DNA of 64,000 nucleotides from Alphaproteobacteria bacterium (GCA_964291265.2 OZ219747.1:3840001-3904000); one strand, 5' to 3'. Shown: positions 40,806-54,147, numbered from the stretch's first letter. Notes: generated by a model from the sequence alone, not told the origin. Numbers and translations: made by a program.

Positions 40806-41090
40806 ATGGGTTTCAGACCGTTGCATGACCGTGTTCTCGTGCGCCGTACTGACAGCGACGATGTGTCCACGGGTGGGATCATCATCCCTGACACTGCCAG
40901 GGAAAAGCCGATGGAAGGCGAAGTGATTGCCGTCGGACCGGGAGCACGTGACGACCGCGGCTCCGTTCAGCCCCTCGATGTCGCCAAGGGTGACCGGGTG
41001 CTGTTCGGCAAGTGGTCAGGCACCGAAATCAAGATCGACGGCGAGGAACTCCTCGTCATGAGGGAATCCGACATCATGGGTGTTCTCTAG
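40806..41090 (+). CDS. groES: Co-chaperonin GroES (copy 1)
   Basis: [25 protein letters not shown]. Confidence 0.97.
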   Translation: MGFRPLHDRVLVRRTDSDDVSTGGIIIPDTAREKPMEGEVIAVGPGARDDRGSVQPLDVAKGDRVLFGKWSGTEIKIDGEELLVMRESDIMGVL

Positions 41091-41120
41091 GGCGACAGCC
41101 GCTCTGCACCCGCACCCTAA

Positions 41121-42809
<1,689 letters not shown>

Positions 42810-42838
42810 CCCTCCAGTTCACCGAACTCCCTCCAGCG

Positions 42839-42870
42839 GGGGGCCGTGGCATGGCCATGGCCCCCTTTTT
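42839..42870 (+). terminator. Intrinsic terminator
   Basis: GGGGGCCGTGGC-ATG-GCCATGGCCCCC followed by TTTTT. Confidence 0.85.
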
Positions 42871-42981
42871 CTTGTGCGGAACCTGTGCGGACAAGCGCCA
42901 GCGAACAAGCGGCATGCCCGGCAGACCGTCGTCGGTCTCCGGGCATCCAACCGCAAGGCGACAGCGTTGGCCCCGGACGGA

Positions 42982-43338
42982 TCAGATCAGGCGGTTGGCC
43001 GTGCGCAGGAAGACGGCGAGCGTGCAACCGGTCCGGGTGGTCGATGAATGAACCGTGCCCGGCCGGAACGACACGAAGTCCCCCTGGCGGAAGACGCTGC
43101 CGTCGTCATCGATGAGCTCACCGTCGACCACGAGAAAGTCCTCGTGGCCGACGTGCTCATGAGGGAGTGACGAGCAACCTGGTTCGAGGCGCAGCAGATA
43201 GGATCCGCACCCGGTCTCGGGATCGAGACTCATGTTGATCCACGACAGCCCGGGAATGGCCTCACCGTAGCGGTCATAGGGCACAAACTCGGTGAAATCG
43301 TCGCCGCGCCGGACGATGCGGCGGGATTCATCCGTCAT
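42982..43338 (-). CDS. ChrR-like cupin domain protein
   Basis: PHEHVGHEDFLVVDG, FRPGTVHSS, GC. Confidence 0.8.
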   Translation of the reverse strand: MTDESRRIVRRGDDFTEFVPYDRYGEAIPGLSWINMSLDPETGCGSYLLRLEPGCSSLPHEHVGHEDFLVVDGELIDDDGSVFRQGDFVSFRPGTVHSSTTRTGCTLAVFLRTANRLI

Positions 43339-43348
43339 CGCGCCGCTG

Positions 43349-44206
43349 TCACTCGAACGAGACCTCGACACGCCGGTTGCCCGGGTTGCGTACGCCGTCA
43401 CCGGTCTCGATCGCCGGCATGGCCTCGCCGTACCAATCGAGAACCATGATCGAGGGATCGATTCCTGCTCCCGTCAAGTGGGCCGCGACCGCCTCCACAC
43501 GCTCCCTGGAGAGATCCAGGTTGAAGCCGTCGTCTCCCGAGGTGTCGGCGTGCCCGGCGAGCGCGATGGAGGACGGCTGCTGGCGCACGGCCTCCGCCAC
43601 GACTCCTTCGAGAAACCCTGTCGCAATCTCCGAAAGCTCCGCGCTGTTCCAGGCAAAGTAGACGACAAACTCAGTTTGCGGCGCGGGTTCCGGCTCGACA
43701 TGGAGGAGTTCTTCCATGGCCGCGTAGAAGGCATCGCGACACGACGCCATCTCGGCTTCCTGGTGGGACGCGATCGGGCCAGGATGAGGGGGGCCTTCTT
43801 CGGCCTCCTCGATCCAGCAGTCAAGACTCGTCTGTGCGCGGGCCGCGGCCTGCGGACGCTCAACCCTGCCGCCTGCCTCCAGTTCGGCCATCAGGTTCGC
43901 CCGTTCGCCGACGAGAAGGTCCATCGTTTCCGCCGAGTCGATGCGCCATTTCGTGGGATCCCACGGTTCTACGGCAACACCCTGCGCCGCCATCTCCGCC
44001 CTGTCGCGGAATGCCGAGGCATCGACCCGGTCGTAGTACGCCGTTTCCTTGCGTGCGAGGTCCACGTAGCCTTCGTGAAGATGCTGGAGAAATGGGTCAT
44101 CCGCAACGGTCATTCCGGCGACACGATCAATCGATGCCGGTGTGCCGCACCCGGCCATAAGAAGCGCCGCCGCGCCTGCGAACAGCATCCCGGAAATCTT
44201 GCCCAT
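43349..44206 (-). CDS. OmpA family lipoprotein
   Basis: Lipobox MAGC; VYFAWNSA, GHADTSG, LSRERV, NRRVEV. Confidence 0.88.
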   Translation of the reverse strand: MGKISGMLFAGAAALLMAGCGTPASIDRVAGMTVADDPFLQHLHEGYVDLARKETAYYDRVDASAFRDRAEMAAQGVAVEPWDPTKWRIDSAETMDLLVGERANLMAELEAGGRVERPQAAARAQTSLDCWIEEAEEGPPHPGPIASHQEAEMASCRDAFYAAMEELLHVEPEPAPQTEFVVYFAWNSAELSEIATGFLEGVVAEAVRQQPSSIALAGHADTSGDDGFNLDLSRERVEAVAAHLTGAGIDPSIMVLDWYGEAMPAIETGDGVRNPGNRRVEVSFE

Positions 44207-44448
44207 GTTTGTTCCCTCGTCGTCCTGACCACGCTCTAGGCCACACCCAGGCGCCCTATTGACATTGTTCAGTGGTCATTGTCACGCGAAGTCTACCATG
44301 AACGCTTCACGACAGTGTGGCGGTATGGTGGTTTTATCCCCAGATGGCAGACCGAAGCCGCCTGGCGCCGGGCGCAACGCACTGCCGAGGCACGGCAGAC
44401 GAGTCGCGCACGCCGCGCCCGCCGTGACGCGCCGACCCTCCTCACGCA

Positions 44449-45789
44449 TCAGGACGACGACTGGCGCGCCGTGATCGCCAGGGCATGGGCATCAAATCCT
44501 TCATAGTCCGCCAGAACTCGGGTAGCGGGAGCGAGGGCATCGTGTCCGGCAGGGGTCAGTTCGGCAACGGACTGGCGCTTGAGAAAGTCCATGACCCCGA
44601 GCGCGGACCGGCTTGCCGCCCTGCCACCGGTGGGCAGCACCGCGTTGACGCCGATCATGTAGTTCGCCATGGAGAACGGCGCATCTTGACCCAGGAGGAT
44701 CTCGCCGGCATTGCTGATGGCATCAAGCCATGCACGGGGGCGCCGGCTGGCTATCTGCAGGTGTTCGGGGGCGAAGGCATTGACAAAATCAAGCGCATCC
44801 CCGGCATCCCGAGCCACGACAAGGCCGCCATTGGCACCCAGCGCCGCACAGGCGCAGCGCCGACGTTCCCGGGACAGAGTCTCGAGGTGCCCGTCAAGGG
44901 CAACGGCCACGGCCTCGGCGAAATCGTCGTTCCAGGTCACCAGGAATACGGTTGAGTCATCGCCGTGTTCGGCCTCGATGAGAAGATCGAGAGCCACACG
45001 GCCGACGTCCGCGGTATCATCGGCGAACACCACGGCCTCCGAGGGCCCCGCTGGCGGTCCGGGCTCGATGTAGTCCGCGCACAAGATCATGGCCGCGCCA
45101 ACCCAGGGTGAGCCGGGTCCGACAATGCGCACGCAACGGGGCACGGTTTCCGTACCGAAGGCGACGGCAGCGACAGCCTGGGCGCCTCCGGCCAGGCACA
45201 CTTCCTCCACTCCCGCCGCCCGGGCCGCCACCAGGGTTGCCGGATCACAACACCCACCCGGCCCCGGCGGCGTCACGATCACCACCTTCTTCACCCCGGC
45301 GATGACCGCCGGGATGGCCGTCATGAGAGCTACCGAAGGAAATGCACCCTTGCCGCGCGGCACGTAACAGGCAACGGAATCAATCGGCACATGGCGTTCT
45401 CCGGCCATGACTCCGGGCCGGACCTCGACCATGTCGAGAGTCGCCGGACGCTGCCTTTCGTGTACGACACGGATGTGGTCTGTCGCCATGTCAATGGCCT
45501 CAGCCACCTCGTCCGGAACGTTCCGGCGTGCCCGGGTGAAATCCTGCGGCGTCACTCTCAGTTGTTCCTTCGACATGGGAACACCATCGAATTCTTCCGC
45601 AAGTCTTATCAGAGCCCGGTCACCCTGCTCGCGCACCGCCTCGACGATGGGACGCGCTCGCTCCACATGACGCGCCATGTCAGGCGCATGACGCACCATG
45701 AGGGCGTCGCGCCGTGCCTGCGACAGGCTCGCCAGACGCAGGATGCGCGGCACGGCAGGAGGAAGAACCGGCTCAGCCAAGGCTGTCAT
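44449..45789 (-). CDS. hisD: Histidinol dehydrogenase family protein
   Basis: CYVPRG, GGAQAVAA, GPGSPW, AGPSE, EAEHG, APEHL, LPTGG; divergent, substrate not certain. Confidence 0.8.
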   Translation of the reverse strand: MTALAEPVLPPAVPRILRLASLSQARRDALMVRHAPDMARHVERARPIVEAVREQGDRALIRLAEEFDGVPMSKEQLRVTPQDFTRARRNVPDEVAEAIDMATDHIRVVHERQRPATLDMVEVRPGVMAGERHVPIDSVACYVPRGKGAFPSVALMTAIPAVIAGVKKVVIVTPPGPGGCCDPATLVAARAAGVEEVCLAGGAQAVAAVAFGTETVPRCVRIVGPGSPWVGAAMILCADYIEPGPPAGPSEAVVFADDTADVGRVALDLLIEAEHGDDSTVFLVTWNDDFAEAVAVALDGHLETLSRERRRCACAALGANGGLVVARDAGDALDFVNAFAPEHLQIASRRPRAWLDAISNAGEILLGQDAPFSMANYMIGVNAVLPTGGRAASRSALGVMDFLKRQSVAELTPAGHDALAPATRVLADYEGFDAHALAITARQSSS

Positions 45790-46174
45790 CCGTCTCCGGA
45801 TCGATGCCCAGTTCGGCAAACACCTTGCGGGCAACGCGGAAGCTCTCGACGCCGGCGGGCATGCCGCAATAGACGGCGATCTGCATCAGGGTATCACGCA
45901 ACGCCGCCAGGGTGACGCCATTGCGCAGGGCCCCTCTGAAGTGCAGCTCGAACTCGTGCATGCGTCCGGACGCTGCCGTCATGCACAGGTTGTTGAGACT
46001 GCGCTGGCAGCGGTCGAGACCTTCTCCGCTCCAGATCTCTCCCCAGCAATAGGTGGTCAGCAGATGCTGGAAACCGGCGTTGAACCGATCCGCTCCGTTG
46101 ATCGCCTTGTCGACGTAATCGACCCCGAGGACGTCACGCCGGATGGCCAGTCCCTTCTCATACATCTCGCTCAT
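45773..46174 (-). CDS. Carboxymuconolactone decarboxylase family protein
   Basis: GLAIRRDVLG, YCWGEIWS, HFRGALRNG, YCGMPAG. Confidence 0.88.
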   Translation of the reverse strand: MSEMYEKGLAIRRDVLGVDYVDKAINGADRFNAGFQHLLTTYCWGEIWSGEGLDRCQRSLNNLCMTAASGRMHEFELHFRGALRNGVTLAALRDTLMQIAVYCGMPAGVESFRVARKVFAELGIDPETDDSLG

Positions 46175-46226
46175 GGCACTCTTCCGGTGATGGACATTTT
46201 TGCGTCCTGTTGCGAGGGGGAAGCAG

Positions 46227-47315
46227 TCAGGCCTGATCGGCAAACAGTCCGGCAAGGGATGCGGCACTGGCTCCGCACAGGCCCCGCTCGGTGATCAACC
46301 CGGTCACGAGTTCGGCCGGAGTGACATCAAAGGCCGGGTTCTCCGGTATCGTTGTCTCGGGCGCAATCGCGACCGATCCCATGGTCCCGTCCTCCGCACG
46401 GCCGGTGACGGTTGTCACTTCGCCGCCACTGCGTTCCTCGATTGGTACGGCATCACCGTCCATGAGGCGCCAGTCGACGGTCGGTGACGGCAGTGCGGCA
46501 TAGAACGGCAGACCATGCCGATGTGCCGCCAGCGCCTTGAGGTAGGTTCCTATCTTGTTGCAGACATCGCCCGAGGCGGTGACACGGTCGGCTCCGGTGA
46601 TGGTCATGTCGACCCGGCCGGTGCGCATGAGATGTCCGGCGGCGTTGTCGACCACGAGGGTGTGCGGCACCCCATGCTGTGCCAGCTCCCATGCGGTCAG
46701 CGACGCACCCTGGTTTCTCGGACGCGTCTCGGAGACCCAGATATGAACGGGAATTCCGGCGTCATGGGCCTTGTACACCGGCGCCAGGGCGGTACCCCAG
46801 TCAACGGTGGCCAACCAACCGGCATTGCAGTGGGTCAAGATCTGAACCGGCCGGCCGGTGTCCTCGTGATGGTCCTTCAGGATAGCCATGCCGTGCTCGC
46901 CGATTGCCTCACAGGTCGCCGCATCCTCATCGCAGATCTCGCGGGCAAGAGCGTAGGCCTCGTCCTCACGGACATTCCGGTCAAGCGTGGTCAGTCTGGC
47001 GAGCACGCGTTCGACCGCCCATCGCAGGTTGACCGCCGTCGGCCGGGTCGCCAGCAGGGTCCGGGCTGCCTCGTCCATGGACGCATCCGATGCATCGCGT
47101 CTCATCGCAAGCGCCATGCCGTAGGCGGCAGTGGCGCCGATCAGTGGCGCCCCTCGCACCAGCATGGCGCGGATGGCATGGGCCGCATCTTCGAGGGTCA
47201 CGAGGGCCGTCGTCACGAACCGGTGCGGCAGACAGGTCTGGTCGATGACAATGACCGTCCTCTCATCATCGGCGACCTGGATCGAACGCCAGACAACACC
47301 GTCGATCTTCATCAC
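46227..47315 (-). CDS. mtnA: S-methyl-5-thioribose-1-phosphate isomerase
   Basis: MLVRGAPLIG, RPTAVNL, LTHCNAGWLA, ETRPRNQG, NKIGTY, NPAFDVTP. Confidence 0.95.
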   Translation of the reverse strand: MMKIDGVVWRSIQVADDERTVIVIDQTCLPHRFVTTALVTLEDAAHAIRAMLVRGAPLIGATAAYGMALAMRRDASDASMDEAARTLLATRPTAVNLRWAVERVLARLTTLDRNVREDEAYALAREICDEDAATCEAIGEHGMAILKDHHEDTGRPVQILTHCNAGWLATVDWGTALAPVYKAHDAGIPVHIWVSETRPRNQGASLTAWELAQHGVPHTLVVDNAAGHLMRTGRVDMTITGADRVTASGDVCNKIGTYLKALAAHRHGLPFYAALPSPTVDWRLMDGDAVPIEERSGGEVTTVTGRAEDGTMGSVAIAPETTIPENPAFDVTPAELVTGLITERGLCGASAASLAGLFADQA

Positions 47316-47835
47316 GATCCCCCGAAGCTGCGCCCGGCAGACCTGGCGACATCGATCCGGCGGAGCGGATGGCGCGGAACGTCACGCGGTCCACCGGGAC
47401 GCGACCGGGTCTGCGGTCCGTCGAAGGACCGGCATGTGAGACCGGGGGTCCTGATGGTGACATGACCAAGTCCCCAGACGATCATGGCCAGCATTCCCTC
47501 CGTGATGGTGGCGAAGTCTACTCCAGACCTGCAACCAGTGCACAACCGGATCATCGACCTGCCAGGACCATTGCGTTGTCGCGATCGGCGGTGGACAACC
47601 GCGTCAGTGGCCGTTCCTGAAGTTGGTGGCACCTTCTCGAGGTCGGAACCGGCATATCGACAACGAAATCCGGTCTCGAATGGGCCTCCAGATCTGCCTA
47701 CGACGCCCCCTCGTCGGACGAAACCGGACAAAAGAATAGTGCTGATCGACCTGCAGTTGACTTTGGGGCGTCGATCGCAGACTTTCCGGCGCCTTCAATG
47801 ATGATTCTCCTGCCCTCACCGATGCCTCATCGACC

Positions 47836-48714
47836 ATGACGGCCGCCCGTACCATCCGCCTCGGTCTTCCCAAGGGCCGCATGCAGGACAATCTCCATGC
47901 CCTTCTCGAGGATGCGGGCATTCACATTCGTTCGGGACGCGCCACCAGCACCCGCGACTATCGGCCGGCGATCTCGCTGCCGGATTTCGATGCCAAGCTT
48001 CTCAAGCCCCAGAACATCGTCGAGATGCTCCACATCGGCAGCCGCGACATCGGTTTCACCGGCCGGGACTGGGTGATCGAGAAGGAAGCCGACCTTGTCG
48101 AACTCGTCGACACCGGACTCGATCCGGTCGAACTCGTCGCCGCGGCGCCCGTGAAGATTCTGCGGGACGGGCGATTGCCCGACCGTCATCTTGTGGTGGC
48201 GAGCGAGTACGAGCGCCTGACCCGCTCGTGGATTGCCGAAGCCTCACTCGACGCCACCTTCGTACGCTCGTACGGAGCCACCGAGGTGTTCCCGCCGGAG
48301 GACGCCGACTGCATCATCGACAACTCGGCCACCGGAGCCACACTGCGCGCCAACGGACTCGAGACCGTTGCCTCCATCCTGACGTCGTCGACGTGCCTCT
48401 TCGCGCATCCGGCAGCCCTTGACGACGCCAACAAGCGCAACGCCATCTCGAGTTTTTCGATGATGATCCGTTCGGTCATCGATGCCAGACGGCGGGTGAT
48501 GGTCGAAGTGAACGTCACAGCCGATTGCCTCGAACCGGTCGTTTCCAGCCTGCCCTCCATGCGCGAGCCGACCATCTCGCCGCTTCACGGAAACAGCGGC
48601 TACTCCGTCAAGGCCGCCGTGCCACGCGACAGGCTGGCGCGTATCATTCCGCGCATCAAGGCGATGGGCGGCTCCGACATCGTTGTCAGCCCCATCAGCA
48701 ATATCGTGGCATGA
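47836..48714 (+). CDS. hisG: ATP phosphoribosyltransferase, long form
   Basis: LPKGRM, GFTGRDW, YGATE, IIDNSATGATLRANGL; C-terminal regulatory domain (PTISPL). Confidence 0.93.
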   Translation: MTAARTIRLGLPKGRMQDNLHALLEDAGIHIRSGRATSTRDYRPAISLPDFDAKLLKPQNIVEMLHIGSRDIGFTGRDWVIEKEADLVELVDTGLDPVELVAAAPVKILRDGRLPDRHLVVASEYERLTRSWIAEASLDATFVRSYGATEVFPPEDADCIIDNSATGATLRANGLETVASILTSSTCLFAHPAALDDANKRNAISSFSMMIRSVIDARRRVMVEVNVTADCLEPVVSSLPSMREPTISPLHGNSGYSVKAAVPRDRLARIIPRIKAMGGSDIVVSPISNIVA

Positions 48715-48744
48715 GGCCGCGGGCCATCGGAGCACGGGAGAATC

Positions 48745-49332
48745 ATGATGGAACGCGTTGCGACAGTCAGCCGATCGACCCGCGAAACCGTCGTGACGGT
48801 TACCGTCAATCTTGACGGCACCGGCCAGAGCGATGTCGTGACCGGACTGAGATTTCTCGACCACCTCCTGGATTCCCTGACGCGGCACAGCCGCATGGAT
48901 GTGGCGCTTCACGCCGAGGGTGACCTGGATGTCGACGATCATCACACGGCGGAAGACTGTGCTCTGACGCTCGGCGCGGCCGTCGACGAGGCTCTGGGGG
49001 ACAAGCGCGGCATCCGCCGCTTCGCCGATGCCCATGTACCGCTCGACGAAGCCGTGGCAAGGGCGGTGATCGATCTTTCCGGACGCCCGTTTGCCCATGT
49101 CGATCTGGACCTCAGGCGCGAGCGCATCGGCGATACGGCGGCGGAGATGATTCCGCACGTTCTCTCGAGTTTCGCCATGGCCGGGCACCTCACGCTTCAT
49201 GTCGACGTGTTGCGCGGCATCAACGACCACCATCGCGCCGAAGCGGCGTTCAAGGCGGTCGCTGTCGCCCTGCGCCAGGCGGTCGCCCTCGATGATCACG
49301 ACGAGATTCCGAGCACGAAGGGACGCCTGTGA
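48745..49332 (+). CDS. hisB: Imidazoleglycerol-phosphate dehydratase
   Basis: FLDHLL, DDHHTAED, NDHHRAEA, PSTKG. Confidence 0.95.
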   Translation: MMERVATVSRSTRETVVTVTVNLDGTGQSDVVTGLRFLDHLLDSLTRHSRMDVALHAEGDLDVDDHHTAEDCALTLGAAVDEALGDKRGIRRFADAHVPLDEAVARAVIDLSGRPFAHVDLDLRRERIGDTAAEMIPHVLSSFAMAGHLTLHVDVLRGINDHHRAEAAFKAVAVALRQAVALDDHDEIPSTKGRL

Positions 49333-49934
49333 CCGTGCCCGAGGTCGTGGTCTGCCGCACGGGAACGGCCAATCTTGCCTCGGTCCTCGCTGCACTCAGA
49401 CGTGCCGGCGGCGTGCCCCGCACCGGCCGCTCGGCCGACGACATCCGGACGGCTACCCATGTCGTGCTGCCTGGCGTGGGGACCTTCGGCGCCGCCATGG
49501 ACACGCTTCGCGACAGCGGGACGGACGTGGCCCTGAAACAGCACATGGAGAGCGGGAAGCCGCTTCTCGCCATCTGTGTCGGATTCCAGCTCCTGTGCCG
49601 TTCCAGCGAGGAATCCCCGGGCGTCACCGGCCTTGGCCTTGTCGATGACGGGGTGACGCGGTTTCCCGCAGGGGTGCGGGTTCCCCAGTTCGGCTGGAAC
49701 AGTCTGGCGCCCGAGAGCGGCTGCAGGGCGCTCGTCGCCGGCCATGCCTACTTTGCCAACTCCTATCGTCTCGAGCGCGCTCCCCGGGGCTGGCATGCCG
49801 CCATGGCGGACCATGGCGGACCCTTCGTTGCGGCACTGGAACGCGACGCCCTTGTCGCCTGCCAGTTCCATCCGGAACTATCCGGTTCCTGGGGCGCGGC
49901 ACTGATCGGCCGCTGGCTGGCCATGCCATGTTGA
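49329..49934 (+). CDS. hisH: Imidazole glycerol phosphate synthase, glutaminase subunit
   Basis: LPGVG, ICVGFQ, QFHPE. Confidence 0.93.
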   Translation: MTVPEVVVCRTGTANLASVLAALRRAGGVPRTGRSADDIRTATHVVLPGVGTFGAAMDTLRDSGTDVALKQHMESGKPLLAICVGFQLLCRSSEESPGVTGLGLVDDGVTRFPAGVRVPQFGWNSLAPESGCRALVAGHAYFANSYRLERAPRGWHAAMADHGGPFVAALERDALVACQFHPELSGSWGAALIGRWLAMPC

Positions 49935-50713
49935 CTGCACGGGTCATCCCCTGCCTCGACGTCGACGCCGGGCGCGTCGTCAAGGGCATCCGTTTCCAGG
50001 GGTTGAAGGACGCCGGCGATCCGGTGGAACGGGCCACGGCCTACGAACGACAGGGTGCCGACGAGATCGTCATGCTTGATGTGTCGGCAACACCGCGAGG
50101 CAGGCACAATGCCCGCGACGCCGTGGCAGCGGTGCGCCAGGACCTGGCCATTCCACTTACCGTGGGCGGTGGCGTCAGGTCGGTCAACGACGCCCGTGCC
50201 CTGCTCGAGGCCGGAGCGGACAAGGTCGCGGCCAACACCGCCGCTGTTTCGAGACCGGAACTCCTCGCGGAGATGGCCAGCAGGTTCGGGCGCCAATGCA
50301 CCGTCGTTGCCATCGATGCAGCCGCCCGTGGTAAAGCCTGGGAGGTCGTCACCCTGTCGGGCCGCCAGCGCACGGGCATGGATGCCGTCCACTGGGCCGT
50401 CAGGGCGGTCGAACACGGCGCCGGCGAAATCCTGCTGACCAGCTGGGATCGAGACGGGACCCGTTCGGGCTACGAGACCAGGCTCATCGCCGCCGTGGCT
50501 GCCGCCGTACCGGTTCCGGTCATCGCTTCCGGCGGCGCCGCCTCACCCGGCCATCTCGTGGAGGCCCTCAGACACGGCGCCGACGCGGTGCTGGCCGCCT
50601 CCATCTTCCACGAGTCCGACTACACGGTCGGTGACGTCAAGCAGGCCATGGCCGGAGCGGGCATTCCGACACGACCGTGTCCCGAGCACGAACACCGGGG
50701 AACACACCCATGA
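49928..50713 (+). CDS. hisF: Imidazole glycerol phosphate synthase, cyclase subunit
   Basis: RVIPCLDV, VVKG, GADE, GAGEILLTS, DRDGT, LAASIFH. Confidence 0.95.
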   Translation: MLTARVIPCLDVDAGRVVKGIRFQGLKDAGDPVERATAYERQGADEIVMLDVSATPRGRHNARDAVAAVRQDLAIPLTVGGGVRSVNDARALLEAGADKVAANTAAVSRPELLAEMASRFGRQCTVVAIDAAARGKAWEVVTLSGRQRTGMDAVHWAVRAVEHGAGEILLTSWDRDGTRSGYETRLIAAVAAAVPVPVIASGGAASPGHLVEALRHGADAVLAASIFHESDYTVGDVKQAMAGAGIPTRPCPEHEHRGTHP

Positions 50714-51957
50714 TCATCCCGTCGATCGACCTGTCGAATGGCCAGGCCGTGCAGCTTGTCGGTGGCAGGGATCCTCGCATCGAGGCCGGTGATCCCCGGC
50801 CGATTGCCGAGCGCTTCCGCCTGGCCGGGGAGATCGCGGTCATCGACCTCGACGCCGCCCGCGGGACCGGTCACAACCACGCTCTCGTCGAGGAGCTCGT
50901 GCGCATGGCCCCCTGCCGGGTCGGGGGCGGTATTCGGGACATCGACACGGCACGGCACTGGCTCGATGCCGGTGCCCGCAAGGTCATCCTCGGGACCGCG
51001 GCCACTCCGGAGATTCTCTCTCGCCTGCCGCGCCAGCGCGTCATCGTCGCCCTCGATGCCCTGCATGACGAGGTGGTCACCCACGGCTGGACAACACGGA
51101 GCGGCGAGACCGTGGTGGCCGGGATGGCACGGCTGCGCGGCCTTGCCGGCGGCTTTCTCGTCACCTTCGTCGAGCGCGAGGGGAAAATGGAAGGAACGGA
51201 TCTCGACCGCGCCCTTGCCCTCGCCGGGGCGGCAGGCGATGCCCGCCTGACGGTGGCAGGCGGATTCACCAGCCCCCTTGAAATCGCCACGGCCGATCGT
51301 GCCGGCATCGACGCCCAGGTCGGAATGGCGCTCTATTCGGGAGCCCTTCACCTTGCCGATGCCATTGCCGCGCCGCTGGCAAGCGACAGACCGGATGGCC
51401 TGTGGCCGACCGTCGTGGTGGACCTGCACCAGCGGGCCCTTGGGCTGGCGTGGTCGGATGCCGAGAGCCTGCGCGCCGCCGTCGAGCGGAAGGCAGGTGT
51501 CTATCACTCTCGCACCCGGGGGCTGTGGATCAAGGGTGAGACATCCGGCGCCACACAGGATCTGCTGAGGATCGACCCCGACTGTGACCGCGATGCCCTG
51601 AAGTTCACCGTGCGCCAAGCGGGCAGCGGCTTCTGTCACCTCGGAACTCCGACCTGCTGGGGGGGCGACTCGGGCCTTCCGGCCCTTGTCCGCGTTCTCG
51701 CCGACCGCCTGGCGGACGCTCCCGCCGGCTCGTACACCGCCCGGCTCCTCAGCGAACCGGCGATGCTCGAGGCAAAGCTCCTCGAGGAAGCCGGAGAACT
51801 GGCCCGGGCCGGGACACGGGCCGATGTCATCCACGAAGCGGCCGACGTCATCTTCTTCGCCCTGGTCGCCGCGGTCCGTGCCGAGGTGGACCTCGCCGAC
51901 ATCGAAGGAGAACTCGACCGCCGGGCCCTCGCCGTTACAAGGCGCTCGGCCACCTGA
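50710..51957 (+). CDS. HisA-like / HisI / HisE fusion protein
   Basis: N-terminal IPSIDL..DLDAA..VGGGIR (HisA/HisF barrel); KGETSG..DCDRDA..FCH..TCW (HisI); KLLEEAGE..HEAADV (HisE); ATGA overlap with hisF. Confidence 0.88.
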   Translation: MIIPSIDLSNGQAVQLVGGRDPRIEAGDPRPIAERFRLAGEIAVIDLDAARGTGHNHALVEELVRMAPCRVGGGIRDIDTARHWLDAGARKVILGTAATPEILSRLPRQRVIVALDALHDEVVTHGWTTRSGETVVAGMARLRGLAGGFLVTFVEREGKMEGTDLDRALALAGAAGDARLTVAGGFTSPLEIATADRAGIDAQVGMALYSGALHLADAIAAPLASDRPDGLWPTVVVDLHQRALGLAWSDAESLRAAVERKAGVYHSRTRGLWIKGETSGATQDLLRIDPDCDRDALKFTVRQAGSGFCHLGTPTCWGGDSGLPALVRVLADRLADAPAGSYTARLLSEPAMLEAKLLEEAGELARAGTRADVIHEAADVIFFALVAAVRAEVDLADIEGELDRRALAVTRRSAT

Positions 51958-52000
51958 AGGCACGGCGTCCCAAAAAATTGTCTTTGCCGGCATTCTCCCC

Positions 52001-52065
52001 CTTGAACTCGCCGGTCTGCCTCCTACATCACTGTTGGCACTCTCATCCGGTGAGTGCCAACAGTG
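52001..52065 (+). promoter_or_regulatory. Sigma32-like promoter and CIRCE operator of the second groESL
   Basis: CTTGAA (52001) ... CCTACAT (52022); TTGGCACTC-N9-GAGTGCCAA at 52034-52060, extended by CACTG/CAGTG. Confidence 0.88.
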
Positions 52066-52107
52066 CTTGAACCCGAAAGGAATCACATTCATACAGGAGG
52101 TTGCAAC

Positions 52108-52395
52108 ATGGCATTCCGTCCGTTGCACGACCGCGTTCTGGTTCGCCGCCTTGACAGCGACGAAGTCACCGCGGGCGGCATCATCATTCCAGACACTGCC
52201 AAGGAAAAGCCGATGGAAGGCGAAGTCGTCGCCACCGGCCCTGGCGCTCGCGACGAGTCCGGTGCGATCCAGGCGCTCGACGTCAAGGCGGGTGACCGGA
52301 TTCTCTTCGGCAAGTGGTCTGGCACCGAGGTCAAGATCGATGGCGACGAACTCCTCATCATGAAGGAGTCCGACATCATGGGTGTCATCGAGTGA
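52108..52395 (+). CDS. groES: Co-chaperonin GroES (copy 2)
   Basis: RBS AGGAGG; [23 protein letters not shown]. Confidence 0.97.
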   Translation: MAFRPLHDRVLVRRLDSDEVTAGGIIIPDTAKEKPMEGEVVATGPGARDESGAIQALDVKAGDRILFGKWSGTEVKIDGDELLIMKESDIMGVIE

Positions 52396-54069
<1,674 letters not shown>

Positions 54070-54094
54070 ACGTACCATCAGGGTGTGTTCCGAC

Positions 54095-54127
54095 GGGAGC
54101 CGCGGCGGATGCCGCGGCTCCCTTCGT
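54095..54127 (+). terminator. Probable intrinsic terminator
   Basis: GGGAGCCGCGGC-GGAT-GCCGCGGCTCCC, 12-bp stem; weak U-tract. Confidence 0.7.
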
Positions 54128-54147
54128 TCCGGCTGCGGGAGTCGTCC

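Noticed and set aside
47316-47760. ORFs or riboswitch between mtnA and hisG
   Set aside because: No recognisable SAM-riboswitch consensus or protein motif
47798-47839. Short uORF before hisG as a His attenuator leader
   Set aside because: Only one His codon, no terminator/antiterminator pair, and it overlaps the hisG start
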